From NCBI GenBank assembly GCA_050178385.1, contig JBFXGD010000025.1, forward strand, positions 1-30,040: a stretch of DNA of 30,040 nt, read 5' to 3'. Position 1 is the stretch's first letter, and the number at the start of each line of letters is the position of its first letter. Below are positions 1 through 8,089 of the stretch, piece after piece. Under the pieces are notes generated by a model. The model was not told the DNA's origin and did no database searches. It saw only the letters and a program-made list of their open reading frames with translations. Origin of the DNA: Calditrichaceae bacterium. GTDB taxonomy: Bacteria; Calditrichota; Calditrichia; Calditrichales; JBFXGD01. Position numbers and translations under genes: made by a program.

Positions 1-194
1 ATGATATGGCCGGGAATGTCTGGCAGTGGTGCGGTGATGATTATCCCGATTTACACTATAGATACATGCGAGGCGGTAGCCGTAACAATTATGAATACAA
101 TCTGTTTACATGGGCTCGAAACAGCGCAGGTCCCGACTTCTACAGTATGTATGTAGGATTCCGCTGTGTCAGGGACGTTCAAACAACAGAATAA
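1..194 (+). CDS. Formylglycine-generating enzyme (FGE-sulfatase/SUMF1) fold protein, C-terminal fragment (5' end outside window)
   Basis: DMAGNVWQW, RGGS and terminal GFRCVR motifs are typical of the FGE-sulfatase domain. The frame is open to the window edge. Confidence 0.85.
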   Translation, partial: DMAGNVWQWCGDDYPDLHYRYMRGGSRNNYEYNLFTWARNSAGPDFYSMYVGFRCVRDVQTTE

Positions 195-258
195 AATGAT
201 TTAAATATGGATAGTACAAGGTTCCCAGGGACGGGATTTTAATAGTTAGGATTTTATT

Positions 259-1155
259 ATGAAAAAGTTAAACATATTTCATGAAACAAGGACTCTCTTC
301 GGGGCAAAGTTTAAACTATACTGGCCTCTGATAAAAAGCCTTCAAACCGGACTATTAGTGATTACAGGAATAACGGGGTATATCAGTGCAAAATGCCCCG
401 TTATGACCTGGGATGTATTTGCAGGCCTGATCGGTAGCTTGTTTCTGACGGTCAGCGGTAGCACTGTTCTTAATATGGTTTATGACAGAGACATAGATGC
501 GAAAATGGGCAGGACGGCACACCGGCCTCTGCCTTCCGGTAAACTGAGCGTGAAAGAGACGCTTATTTTGGGATTGTTTTTGTCTTTTGCTGGTCTTCTC
601 TGGGCATTTACGCTCTCTGTCCCTTACGGAATGGTCGTATTCGCCGGAATATTCATTGATGTTGTTATCTATACTATCTGGCTTAAACGAAAAACCGCCT
701 GGTCGATTATCTGGGGCGGTGTCTCCGGCGGCATGCCGATTCTGGCCGGAAGAGTATTGGGTCTGGGTCATATTGACAGCATCGGGATTTTGTTCGCCAT
801 GGCAATACTTCTGTGGATACCCACACACATCATGACCTTCAGTATGCGTTACTTTGACGATTACAAACGCGCGGGTGTCCCCACTTTTCCATCAACCTAT
901 GGCAATAAAAAAACAACACTGGTGATTGCTTTTTCAAGTCTTGCAGCGGCTGTGGCAATTGGGATAGGTGCTGTTGCCCTTGGTTTGTCCTGGGGCTATC
1001 TGCGCCTTTTTATAGTGCTTTCGACGGGCATCCTGGGTCTTGCAATATTTATCGTATTCCATCCTTCAGAAAAAGTAAATTTCGGTATGTTTAAGTACGC
1101 ATCGGTGTACATGCTCAGCTCGATGATCATGATCGCATTGGGGGTCATGTCATGA
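259..1155 (+). CDS. ctaB: Protoheme IX farnesyltransferase (heme o synthase, CyoE/CtaB; UbiA prenyltransferase family)
   Basis: NMVYDRDIDAKMGRTAHRPLPSG, YTIWLKRKT and W-x-P-x-H...DDYKRAGVP motifs; multiple TM segments; AGGA upstream of ATG. Confidence 0.85.
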   Translation: MKKLNIFHETRTLFGAKFKLYWPLIKSLQTGLLVITGITGYISAKCPVMTWDVFAGLIGSLFLTVSGSTVLNMVYDRDIDAKMGRTAHRPLPSGKLSVKETLILGLFLSFAGLLWAFTLSVPYGMVVFAGIFIDVVIYTIWLKRKTAWSIIWGGVSGGMPILAGRVLGLGHIDSIGILFAMAILLWIPTHIMTFSMRYFDDYKRAGVPTFPSTYGNKKTTLVIAFSSLAAAVAIGIGAVALGLSWGYLRLFIVLSTGILGLAIFIVFHPSEKVNFGMFKYASVYMLSSMIMIALGVMS

Positions 1156-1760
1156 AAAAATTATCCGGCGCCAGCCGGATGGTGCTTTTACTGACGGCAT
1201 TACTCGCGGCTTTTCAAATCGTCTCGGGAATTGAAGGCACTCCAATATTTTCGGAAGTATACTATACAATCTCGTTCGGTGTTCTTCTGGTCGCGGCTTT
1301 ACTCCTGATTTTATTCGGTTTTGAAATCATGGAATTCCCGTCAATCGCGATTATTGCCACCATCATCCCAATAGCTCTCTCATTGGGTCTGGTCGCGCAA
1401 TATCTGCCTGAATATCACATTGCTTATCTGGTCGTAGTGCTTATCGAACTGCTTTTCACTGCACTTTCACGATACTTATTAAGTTCGAAGCAATTAATTA
1501 CCATAGTAACGTCCATCACACACGGGACGGCGGGCCTGATTATTTTCATTTTGCCGCTTTGGTTAAGTATCGCCGGGACTACAAAACCGATTTTTTCACT
1601 GGTGGGGGTCGGCGGGGCTCTCATCGGTTCCGGAGGATTGCTGCTTGCATTTTTGAAAGCAGGGAAACCAATTTTGTCCCGTGATATCATTTTCTCTATC
1701 CTGCCGGGAATACTTTTTTTGATGACCGCTGCTTTTGTCATCGGTATGACAGCAGGTTAA
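1152..1760 (+). CDS. Uncharacterised integral membrane protein (~7 TM)
   Basis: 202 aa, about seven hydrophobic segments. ATGA start/stop overlap with ctaB suggests translational coupling. Confidence 0.8.
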   Translation: MKKLSGASRMVLLLTALLAAFQIVSGIEGTPIFSEVYYTISFGVLLVAALLLILFGFEIMEFPSIAIIATIIPIALSLGLVAQYLPEYHIAYLVVVLIELLFTALSRYLLSSKQLITIVTSITHGTAGLIIFILPLWLSIAGTTKPIFSLVGVGGALIGSGGLLLAFLKAGKPILSRDIIFSILPGILFLMTAAFVIGMTAG

Positions 1761-1831
1761 TTTATAGATTTAGCAAGTTTAGTAAGTTTTTCTGTAAAGT
1801 TAGTAGAATTAATATTTTAAGGAGATTCACA

Positions 1832-2854
1832 ATGTTTAACAAAACCAACAAAACTCAGCGCATCATCATGGCTGTCACGGCGGTTATTGCCGGTCTGTTT
1901 ATGATGTACATCGCGCCTACTCAGGGTATGCAGACCCTAAAGATCGCCTTGGAAAATGTTATGGAACGACTTATACCATTCGATCCTGATTTTTATCCGG
2001 CTGTACCAATCTTAGGAGCTACTTATGGTGTCTGGATGGTAGCTCTATGGCTTGCGGGAGCCTTCGCGATTGTTATCGCAAAAAAAGTATATGATGGTGA
2101 AGAGTGGGCCAGAAGCACAATGCTTGGTTTAGCTGCAATCCCATCCGTAGCCGGTATGACCATGTTGATACCATGGATGGTGCTGGTGGTTTCTGATTAT
2201 TCAACCGGACCGGTTCCCGGTATTTTACCTCCACCCGCTGATATTTCAGTGATGCCGCCGGTATTATGGACAATGGTTTTCGGTCTGATATTTTATTATA
2301 TCTTTTTGCTTGCAGATCAGGACTCATTAAAAAACAAGATTCTTAAACTTATCCCATACACATATCTTGGCATAGTAGCCGGAATGGTTTTTATGAATGG
2401 TCAGCACGGTGTGCGCTATTTCATCTTTATTCCGGAATACCTGACACATCCATCTTCACTTGAGCCGTTGGGTAATTTCTTTACCAATCTGGACCACTAC
2501 GACGCATTAGCCCTGGTTACAACTTCCCAGGCCGCGATCAATGCGGGAGAAATTGCAAAAACAACTGAAGCGGTTTATGATCCCAACACATTAACACTCT
2601 TGCTGGGCGGATTTATGAACTATGCGTCTTCATATCTGATGATTTTAGCGATTCCATTCCTGGCAATGAAGAAAAAAATCGGTTATTATACGGTTCTTGC
2701 TACCGCGTTAGCCACCGCTCTTATCGGTTTTGACGGTTATATCGTGCGTCATTCATTCGAATGGGGTGTCGGCGGAGTCATGTCGCTGGCTTTATTAATC
2801 GTTTTCTTACTGCCTGTATTTAAACAATTCTTTATTGAAGAAAAAACGGCATAA
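1832..2854 (+). CDS. Uncharacterised integral membrane protein (~8 TM)
   Basis: 340 aa ORF with strong AAGGAG RBS, eight hydrophobic segments and a long hydrophilic loop after TM5. Confidence 0.8.
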   Translation: MFNKTNKTQRIIMAVTAVIAGLFMMYIAPTQGMQTLKIALENVMERLIPFDPDFYPAVPILGATYGVWMVALWLAGAFAIVIAKKVYDGEEWARSTMLGLAAIPSVAGMTMLIPWMVLVVSDYSTGPVPGILPPPADISVMPPVLWTMVFGLIFYYIFLLADQDSLKNKILKLIPYTYLGIVAGMVFMNGQHGVRYFIFIPEYLTHPSSLEPLGNFFTNLDHYDALALVTTSQAAINAGEIAKTTEAVYDPNTLTLLLGGFMNYASSYLMILAIPFLAMKKKIGYYTVLATALATALIGFDGYIVRHSFEWGVGGVMSLALLIVFLLPVFKQFFIEEKTA

Positions 2855-2865
2855 TTAAAAATTAA

Positions 2866-2896
2866 AACATCCGGCGATCTTTTGTCGCCGGATGTT
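2866..2896. promoter_or_regulatory. Perfect 12-bp stem-loop between the 340-aa gene and the FadL-like gene (mRNA-stabilising hairpin or weak terminator)
   Basis: AACATCCGGCGA-7 nt-TCGCCGGATGTT. There is no clean U-tract on the + strand. Confidence 0.6.
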
Positions 2897-2951
2897 CATT
2901 ATAAATGTTTTAACCAAGAATAATTTTTATAACATTTTTAGGGAGAAACTT

Positions 2952-4139
2952 GTGAAAAAGATTACAGTATTATTCGCTTTGGCTATGTCTCTCTTCGTTT
3001 CAACTGCTCTGGCTACAGACGGAGATCAGATGCTTGGTATCACCGCCAGTCAATGGGCGCGCGGCGGCGCGATTGTTGCCGCACCGGCAGATATTCCAAG
3101 CATGATATACAACCCCGCGGCAATCGGTGAATTAAAATTCAACAAAATCGGTTTTGACCTGAGTCTTGGTATATTAAATCCACCGCGTGAAATTACTTCT
3201 GTCAATGGTACAACTGAAAGTAATGCCAATGCCTATCTTGGAATGGGCAACGGGTTCAGCGCGAGAAAATCGGACAAAATAGTATTCGGTATCGCCGCAG
3301 GCGGTGTTTCCGGGTTGGGTGTTGATTTCCCATCCAGTACTTTCCCCGACAATCCCCAAACACCGTTTGCGGAAAACACATCTGTAGTAACCAAAAAAGG
3401 GCTCTTGAAAATTACGCCGACCGTGGCCATAAATGTCAACGATAAACTGACTGTCGGTGTGTCACTGCAAATTGGACAGCAGTCTTTGGCTCTAAAAACA
3501 CCTGGCTTTACCATGCCTCAGACAGATGAGTACGGATTTGGCGGAGCTTTTGGCGCAATTTATCATATTACTCCAAAACTTCAGGCTGGATTATCCTATA
3601 CATCTGAAATGGATATTTCAGAATACACATACAATGGTACCAGTCCATCTGCAGGTGAAGGCGAATATAATTTCGATATGGACAGTCCGCAGAGCGCTGC
3701 ATTTGGTCTGGCGTTTAATCCGAATGAAAGATTGTTAGTTGAAGCTGACGTAAAATGGTATAATTTTTCAAATGTAATGGATGTACTGGACCTGAAAACG
3801 CCTACCGGTAGTGTAATACCCTTAAAATTCGGATGGGATGACCAAATGGTTTATGCTCTTGGCCTGGACTTTGCCGTTAAACCTGGCCTGGTTCTTAAAG
3901 CCGGTTATAATTATGGTAAATCTCCGATTGGTGAAGAAGACGTTGACAGCAACCTAGGCTCAATCGCCGTTGTCGAGCACCATTTTTCAGTTGGTGTCGC
4001 AAAAAACTGGAACAAGGCTTTATGCTCTACTCTGTCCTATACACACGGATTACATAATGAAGTTGAATCCAGCGCTACACCAAACAAAATTGCAGCGGAG
4101 CAAAATATTGTATTTCTGCAATTCAGTTTCCGTATGTAA
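2952..4139 (+). CDS. OmpP1/FadL/TodX-family outer-membrane channel
   Basis: Probable GTG start at 2952 after GGGAG (track ORF starts at 2892). Signal peptide ends ALA-TDG. The N-terminal hatch motif (GGAIVA...YNPAAI), WDDQ..YALG, GYNYG and beta-strand periodicity all fit the family. Confidence 0.85.
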   Translation: MKKITVLFALAMSLFVSTALATDGDQMLGITASQWARGGAIVAAPADIPSMIYNPAAIGELKFNKIGFDLSLGILNPPREITSVNGTTESNANAYLGMGNGFSARKSDKIVFGIAAGGVSGLGVDFPSSTFPDNPQTPFAENTSVVTKKGLLKITPTVAINVNDKLTVGVSLQIGQQSLALKTPGFTMPQTDEYGFGGAFGAIYHITPKLQAGLSYTSEMDISEYTYNGTSPSAGEGEYNFDMDSPQSAAFGLAFNPNERLLVEADVKWYNFSNVMDVLDLKTPTGSVIPLKFGWDDQMVYALGLDFAVKPGLVLKAGYNYGKSPIGEEDVDSNLGSIAVVEHHFSVGVAKNWNKALCSTLSYTHGLHNEVESSATPNKIAAEQNIVFLQFSFRM

Positions 4140-4154
4140 TTTTTGACATTTTTC

Positions 4155-4183
4155 GAAGAGTCGTCAATGACGGCTCTTCTTTT
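4155..4183 (+). terminator. Rho-independent terminator after the FadL-like gene
   Basis: GAAGAGTCGTCA/TGACGGCTCTTC stem (one G-U pair) followed by TTTT. Confidence 0.65.
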
Positions 4184-4260
4184 ACTTGTCATGTATCCAG
4201 AATTATGACAGAGAATCTAAAAGTTTCAATAATAGCAACAAATTTATCTGGAGAAATAAA

Positions 4261-4971
4261 ATGACTAATTTGAAGAAATACAGTTTCTTACTTTTTACTA
4301 CTTTTTTGGCAATATTTCCGGGACTTGGTCTGGCGGGAGATGATACGCAGTTCCTGCCTGATTTTTATGACAAGGTTGAACCTATCATATTAGTCGATCC
4401 ACTCGGTTCTTTCCTCGGTGCCGTCAGCGAGGGAGAAACTTTTGTCTATCACTACACCGATATTATAAAATACAGCGGTCATTCATGCTCATCCATTGCC
4501 GGTGCCTATAAAATGGCACAGATCGCTCTCAAAGAACTTTATGGAGACGATACCCCCGTTCGCGGCCATATCAAGGTCACGATGAAGGGAAGTCCGGAAT
4601 ATCAGGTCAATGGTCCGATTGCTCAGGCAATTTCCTTTATAACCGGCGCCGCGGCAGAAACCGGATTTAAAGGCATTAAAGGCAAATTCTTCACCCGTCT
4701 GAATCTGTTAAAATTTGAATCGGAGAATCCCCCTGCAGAAGGCGTGTGGGCAGAAGCAACTTTTGAGAGAACCGATAATAATGCAGCAGTTACGGTGACT
4801 TACAGAACCGACCTGATTCCCGGTAATCCTGAAATGGGTAAGCTTATGCCGGTCATGTTAAGCGGAAAAGCAAACGAAGAACAGAAGAAATTATTTGGCG
4901 AAATTTGGCAGGAAGCGGTCCGTATTGCCCTGATGGAAGCGCCGGAAGGTACATTTGTTGTATCAAAATAA
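4261..4971 (+). CDS. FmdE-like protein with N-terminal signal peptide (paralog 1)
   Basis: Probable start MTNLKK at 4261 after GGAG (track start 4186). Hydrophobic leader ends GLA-GDD. Core DPLGSFLGA...SGHSCSSIAGAY...PVRG...ITGA. Confidence 0.7.
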   Translation: MTNLKKYSFLLFTTFLAIFPGLGLAGDDTQFLPDFYDKVEPIILVDPLGSFLGAVSEGETFVYHYTDIIKYSGHSCSSIAGAYKMAQIALKELYGDDTPVRGHIKVTMKGSPEYQVNGPIAQAISFITGAAAETGFKGIKGKFFTRLNLLKFESENPPAEGVWAEATFERTDNNAAVTVTYRTDLIPGNPEMGKLMPVMLSGKANEEQKKLFGEIWQEAVRIALMEAPEGTFVVSK

Positions 4972-5125
4972 TCCTACAGCATCTATATATTATTCACGAA
5001 TTAATATGGAAAACCTCGCAGGCGGTCAATTTGCCCGTTCCTCAATTTTTAAGGATATTATATTTTGAGATCAAATAATAAATATTTAAATTTAGAATTT
5101 TCCGAAATAATAAAATAAATACGAT

Positions 5126-5173
5126 TGATGCGGGATAAAACATCAGAATCAATTTCCCGCATCATTATTTTTT
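5126..5173 (+). promoter_or_regulatory. 10-bp inverted repeat plus T-tract just upstream of paralog 2
   Basis: TGATGCGGGA-N19-TCCCGCATCA followed by TTATTTTTTT. Confidence 0.5.
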
Positions 5174-5185
5174 ATATGGATAAAA

Positions 5186-5836
5186 ATGAATACAAATAGT
5201 GAAATTAATACAAAATTCAGGTATGCGTTTTATGACATGGTTGAACCGATAAAACTTACTGATCCGTTATCAGCATTCCTGGGAGCGACAAACGAATCTG
5301 AACCCTTTATATACCACTATAAAGATATTGTTAAGCTTAGCGGGCATTCCTGCCCGACCGTCGCGGGAGCATATAAAACGACTCAGCTGGCCTTAAAAAG
5401 TCTTTATGATAATACGACTCCGGTCCGCGGTCAAATAAAGGTAAAGATAGCCGGAGGTCCTGAACAACTGGTAAACGGACCCGCATCTCAGGTTATATCC
5501 TTTATTACAGGAGCAGCTCCGGTAACAGGCTTCAAAGGGATAAAAGGGAAATTCAACCGGTACAACATGCTGACATTTGATGAAGATATACAGCCTGAAA
5601 AAGACGTCTCATCCGATATTCTGTTTGAGAGAACCGATTCGCTCAAAAAAGTACGTGTTTTATACAGGCCTCAATTTATATATCAGAATCCAGAGATCGG
5701 CCGTTTGCTGCCTCTCATGTTAAGCGGGATGGCGACAGAAACAGATAAAACCTTATTTGGAGATTTATGGCAGGAACGAGTCAGGATTGTTCTGCTCGAG
5801 ACGCCACCGGAAGCATTCGAAATAATTACATATTAA
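5186..5836 (+). CDS. FmdE-like protein, cytoplasmic (paralog 2)
   Basis: SGHSCPTVAGAY motif. Colinear with 4261..4971; no signal peptide. Confidence 0.75.
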   Translation: MNTNSEINTKFRYAFYDMVEPIKLTDPLSAFLGATNESEPFIYHYKDIVKLSGHSCPTVAGAYKTTQLALKSLYDNTTPVRGQIKVKIAGGPEQLVNGPASQVISFITGAAPVTGFKGIKGKFNRYNMLTFDEDIQPEKDVSSDILFERTDSLKKVRVLYRPQFIYQNPEIGRLLPLMLSGMATETDKTLFGDLWQERVRIVLLETPPEAFEIITY

Positions 5837-5873
5837 GAAGCGGTAAATTATAATAAAGACTTAAGGTATCCTT

Positions 5874-6317
5874 TTGCACAAAAAAACGGATAAAGGTATT
5901 AAGAGGAGATGGTTACTGATCATTTCCGGAATAATGTGGTCAGGAGTAGGCATCCTTCTAAGCAGTTTTGCCGGAAGATGGCTTTTTGCCTATAGCCGAT
6001 TCGAAATCGCGGAATCCATATTTATCGGTAGTATTCTTGGTATGTTGATTGCTTTTTTGGGATTTAAACGGGTTGCACGAAAAAACATCAAACGAATTTT
6101 GAATCTCAGAGAGAAAACATGCCCTTTCGCTTTTCAGGAACGGAAAAGTTATTTACTGATTCTTTTTATGATGAGCCTTGGAATCTATTTGCGCCAATAT
6201 TCTCTGATCCCAAAATTGTATCTGTCCATGATGTATATCGGTATCGGATCCGCTTTATTTATCTCCAGTTTTTATTATTATTTCAGCTTTGTCCGTCTTG
6301 AAAAATGTGATAGATAA
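5874..6317 (+). CDS. Hypothetical 4-TM membrane protein
   Basis: 147 aa, TTG start after AAGG, four hydrophobic segments with a basic loop (KNIKRI...CPFAFQ). Confidence 0.7.
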   Translation: MHKKTDKGIKRRWLLIISGIMWSGVGILLSSFAGRWLFAYSRFEIAESIFIGSILGMLIAFLGFKRVARKNIKRILNLREKTCPFAFQERKSYLLILFMMSLGIYLRQYSLIPKLYLSMMYIGIGSALFISSFYYYFSFVRLEKCDR

Positions 6318-6464
6318 TTTCAATTTCTAAAGCAATATGTTCCGAAGCTTAGAGATGTTATTTACATTATTTGTTTTTTGCACAAAATTTCCCATGAGAT
6401 ACTAACTGATGAATATATGTAGGTTTTCCGGCAATAATGCATTGCCCGGATTAAAAACAAATCA

Positions 6465-7091
6465 ATGACCGAAAAAAAATCATTTGAAATCGTCGGCAAG
6501 ATGTCCGACACTCATCTTGTTCAGGCATCTCTCAAGGATAAAGATTATTTCTATCATTTAATGAATAGATACGAAGCAAGATTGCTCATATATATTAACC
6601 GTATCACAAATGTTAATAAGGATGAAGCAGCCGATCTTCTCCAGGAAATTTTTATTAAAGTGTATCGTAACCTCAACAGCTTTAGCCAGAAATTATCCTT
6701 TTCCAGCTGGATCTATCGAATTGCCCGTAATGAAATTATAAATCACTATCACAAAAATAATTCCCGGGCATCAATTACTGAATCATTTAGTACTAATGAG
6801 GATGTTAAAGTTCTAAATGAAATTATTTCTCCCTCGCCGGACAGTCATTCAAAATATATTGAACAGGAGTGTACAAGAAAGATAAACAACGCGCTTTATA
6901 AGCTGCCGGAAAAATATCGCGAAGTATTGGTATTACATTATCTGGAAAATTTATCCTACGATGAAATCAGTGATATTTTACAAAAGCCTGCAGGGACGAT
7001 CGCATCACTTATTAATCGCGGTAAATCCAAATTCAGGAAAATCGCTGAACGTCAAAATATTAACCTGGTGAATTACTATGACAGACCTTAG
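6465..7091 (+). CDS. ECF (sigma-70 group 4) RNA polymerase sigma factor
   Basis: Region 2 DLLQEIFIKVY...FSSWIYRIARN; region 4 LPEKYREVLVLHYLENLSYDEISDIL...GTIASLINRG. Confidence 0.93.
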   Translation: MTEKKSFEIVGKMSDTHLVQASLKDKDYFYHLMNRYEARLLIYINRITNVNKDEAADLLQEIFIKVYRNLNSFSQKLSFSSWIYRIARNEIINHYHKNNSRASITESFSTNEDVKVLNEIISPSPDSHSKYIEQECTRKINNALYKLPEKYREVLVLHYLENLSYDEISDILQKPAGTIASLINRGKSKFRKIAERQNINLVNYYDRP

Positions 7092-7809
7092 CAAAAAAAC
7101 TTTTCAAATCATCGAAAAAAACAAGATAAATCCATACCCAAAATCTTATTTTTTCTTCAGGCGTTCGGTAATCTGGACATTATTTTTAGTCTCGGTACTG
7201 TTTGGTTCCGTTGCAAGTGGAATTGCCATATACCAGTTAAAACAAACAGAATGGGAGCTATTAAAGTATTTCAGTCACGACTTATACAGATATATGTTCA
7301 TAGCGATACCATATTTTTGGATCCTTTTTTTATCAGGATTTACAGGATTTATATATTATTATTTTCGGCGTCTGGGAAAAGGATATCGATATAACTCTAT
7401 AATTGTTATCATCAGCAGCTTAATTTTATCCGTCACGGGGGGAACAATTTTAAACGAATCGGTGATTCCATTAAGGTTGGAATTATTATTAGAAAGAAAT
7501 TTTACGTTTTACGAAAGTGTTGAAAAACGCAAACAGGAAGTATGGACTTCACCTGATGAAGGTCTTTTAGCCGGTGTAATTATAGATAATATATCAACTC
7601 AACAAATAAAAATTAAAGATTTCCATGGAATCGAATGGTTAATTGATGTATCCGAAGCCACTTTTCGAGGCAGGATACGTCCGGAAGAAAATTTAAAGAT
7701 TAAATTAATCGGCCTATTGACCGGAAACAGACAATTTAAAGCTGTTGAAATTCGACTTTGGGAAGGTCAGGGTAAAATGCGACGGGCTCTTAAACAAGAA
7801 ATAATCTAA
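7078..7809 (+). CDS. Membrane protein, putative anti-sigma factor (3 TM + C-terminal extracytoplasmic beta domain)
   Basis: Overlaps the ECF gene by 14 nt. Short basic N-terminus, three TM segments, beta-rich C-terminus. Confidence 0.6.
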   Translation: MTDLSKKTFQIIEKNKINPYPKSYFFFRRSVIWTLFLVSVLFGSVASGIAIYQLKQTEWELLKYFSHDLYRYMFIAIPYFWILFLSGFTGFIYYYFRRLGKGYRYNSIIVIISSLILSVTGGTILNESVIPLRLELLLERNFTFYESVEKRKQEVWTSPDEGLLAGVIIDNISTQQIKIKDFHGIEWLIDVSEATFRGRIRPEENLKIKLIGLLTGNRQFKAVEIRLWEGQGKMRRALKQEII

Positions 7810-8089
7810 TATGGCCTAATTATTAGATTATTTTTGATTTTATTAATAGAAAGTGCAAGAAATTAGTGACTTGTCCTGTATTACAATATGAAGTGCTGAT
7901 AAATAATTAAAAATTAGAAAGGCAAGATCATATGTAATTAGTATCTGATAATTTTTCGAGAATTTACCGTCGCATATGTATATCAGGATCAAACAGGTGT
8001 TATGATGTTCGGAACTGATTGTGACATAATGAATTTAGCAACTGAGAATATGTACTTTAAATTTAGTTACAAATGGAAGGAAGCGGATA

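Noticed and set aside
1..194. FGE/C-type-lectin-fold C-terminus as a diversity-generating retroelement target, or as an active formylglycine-generating enzyme
   Set aside because: No template repeat or reverse transcriptase was seen in the window. The catalytic Cys pair after RGGS is absent, so it is called only an FGE-fold protein.
1832..2854. Annotation as heme A synthase CtaA
   Set aside because: Lacks the E-x-x-H-R motifs and the Cys pair; left as unknown.
7929..7980. CATATGTA repeated 44 bp apart upstream of the porin
   Set aside because: Only two 8-bp copies in AT-rich DNA; compatible with chance.
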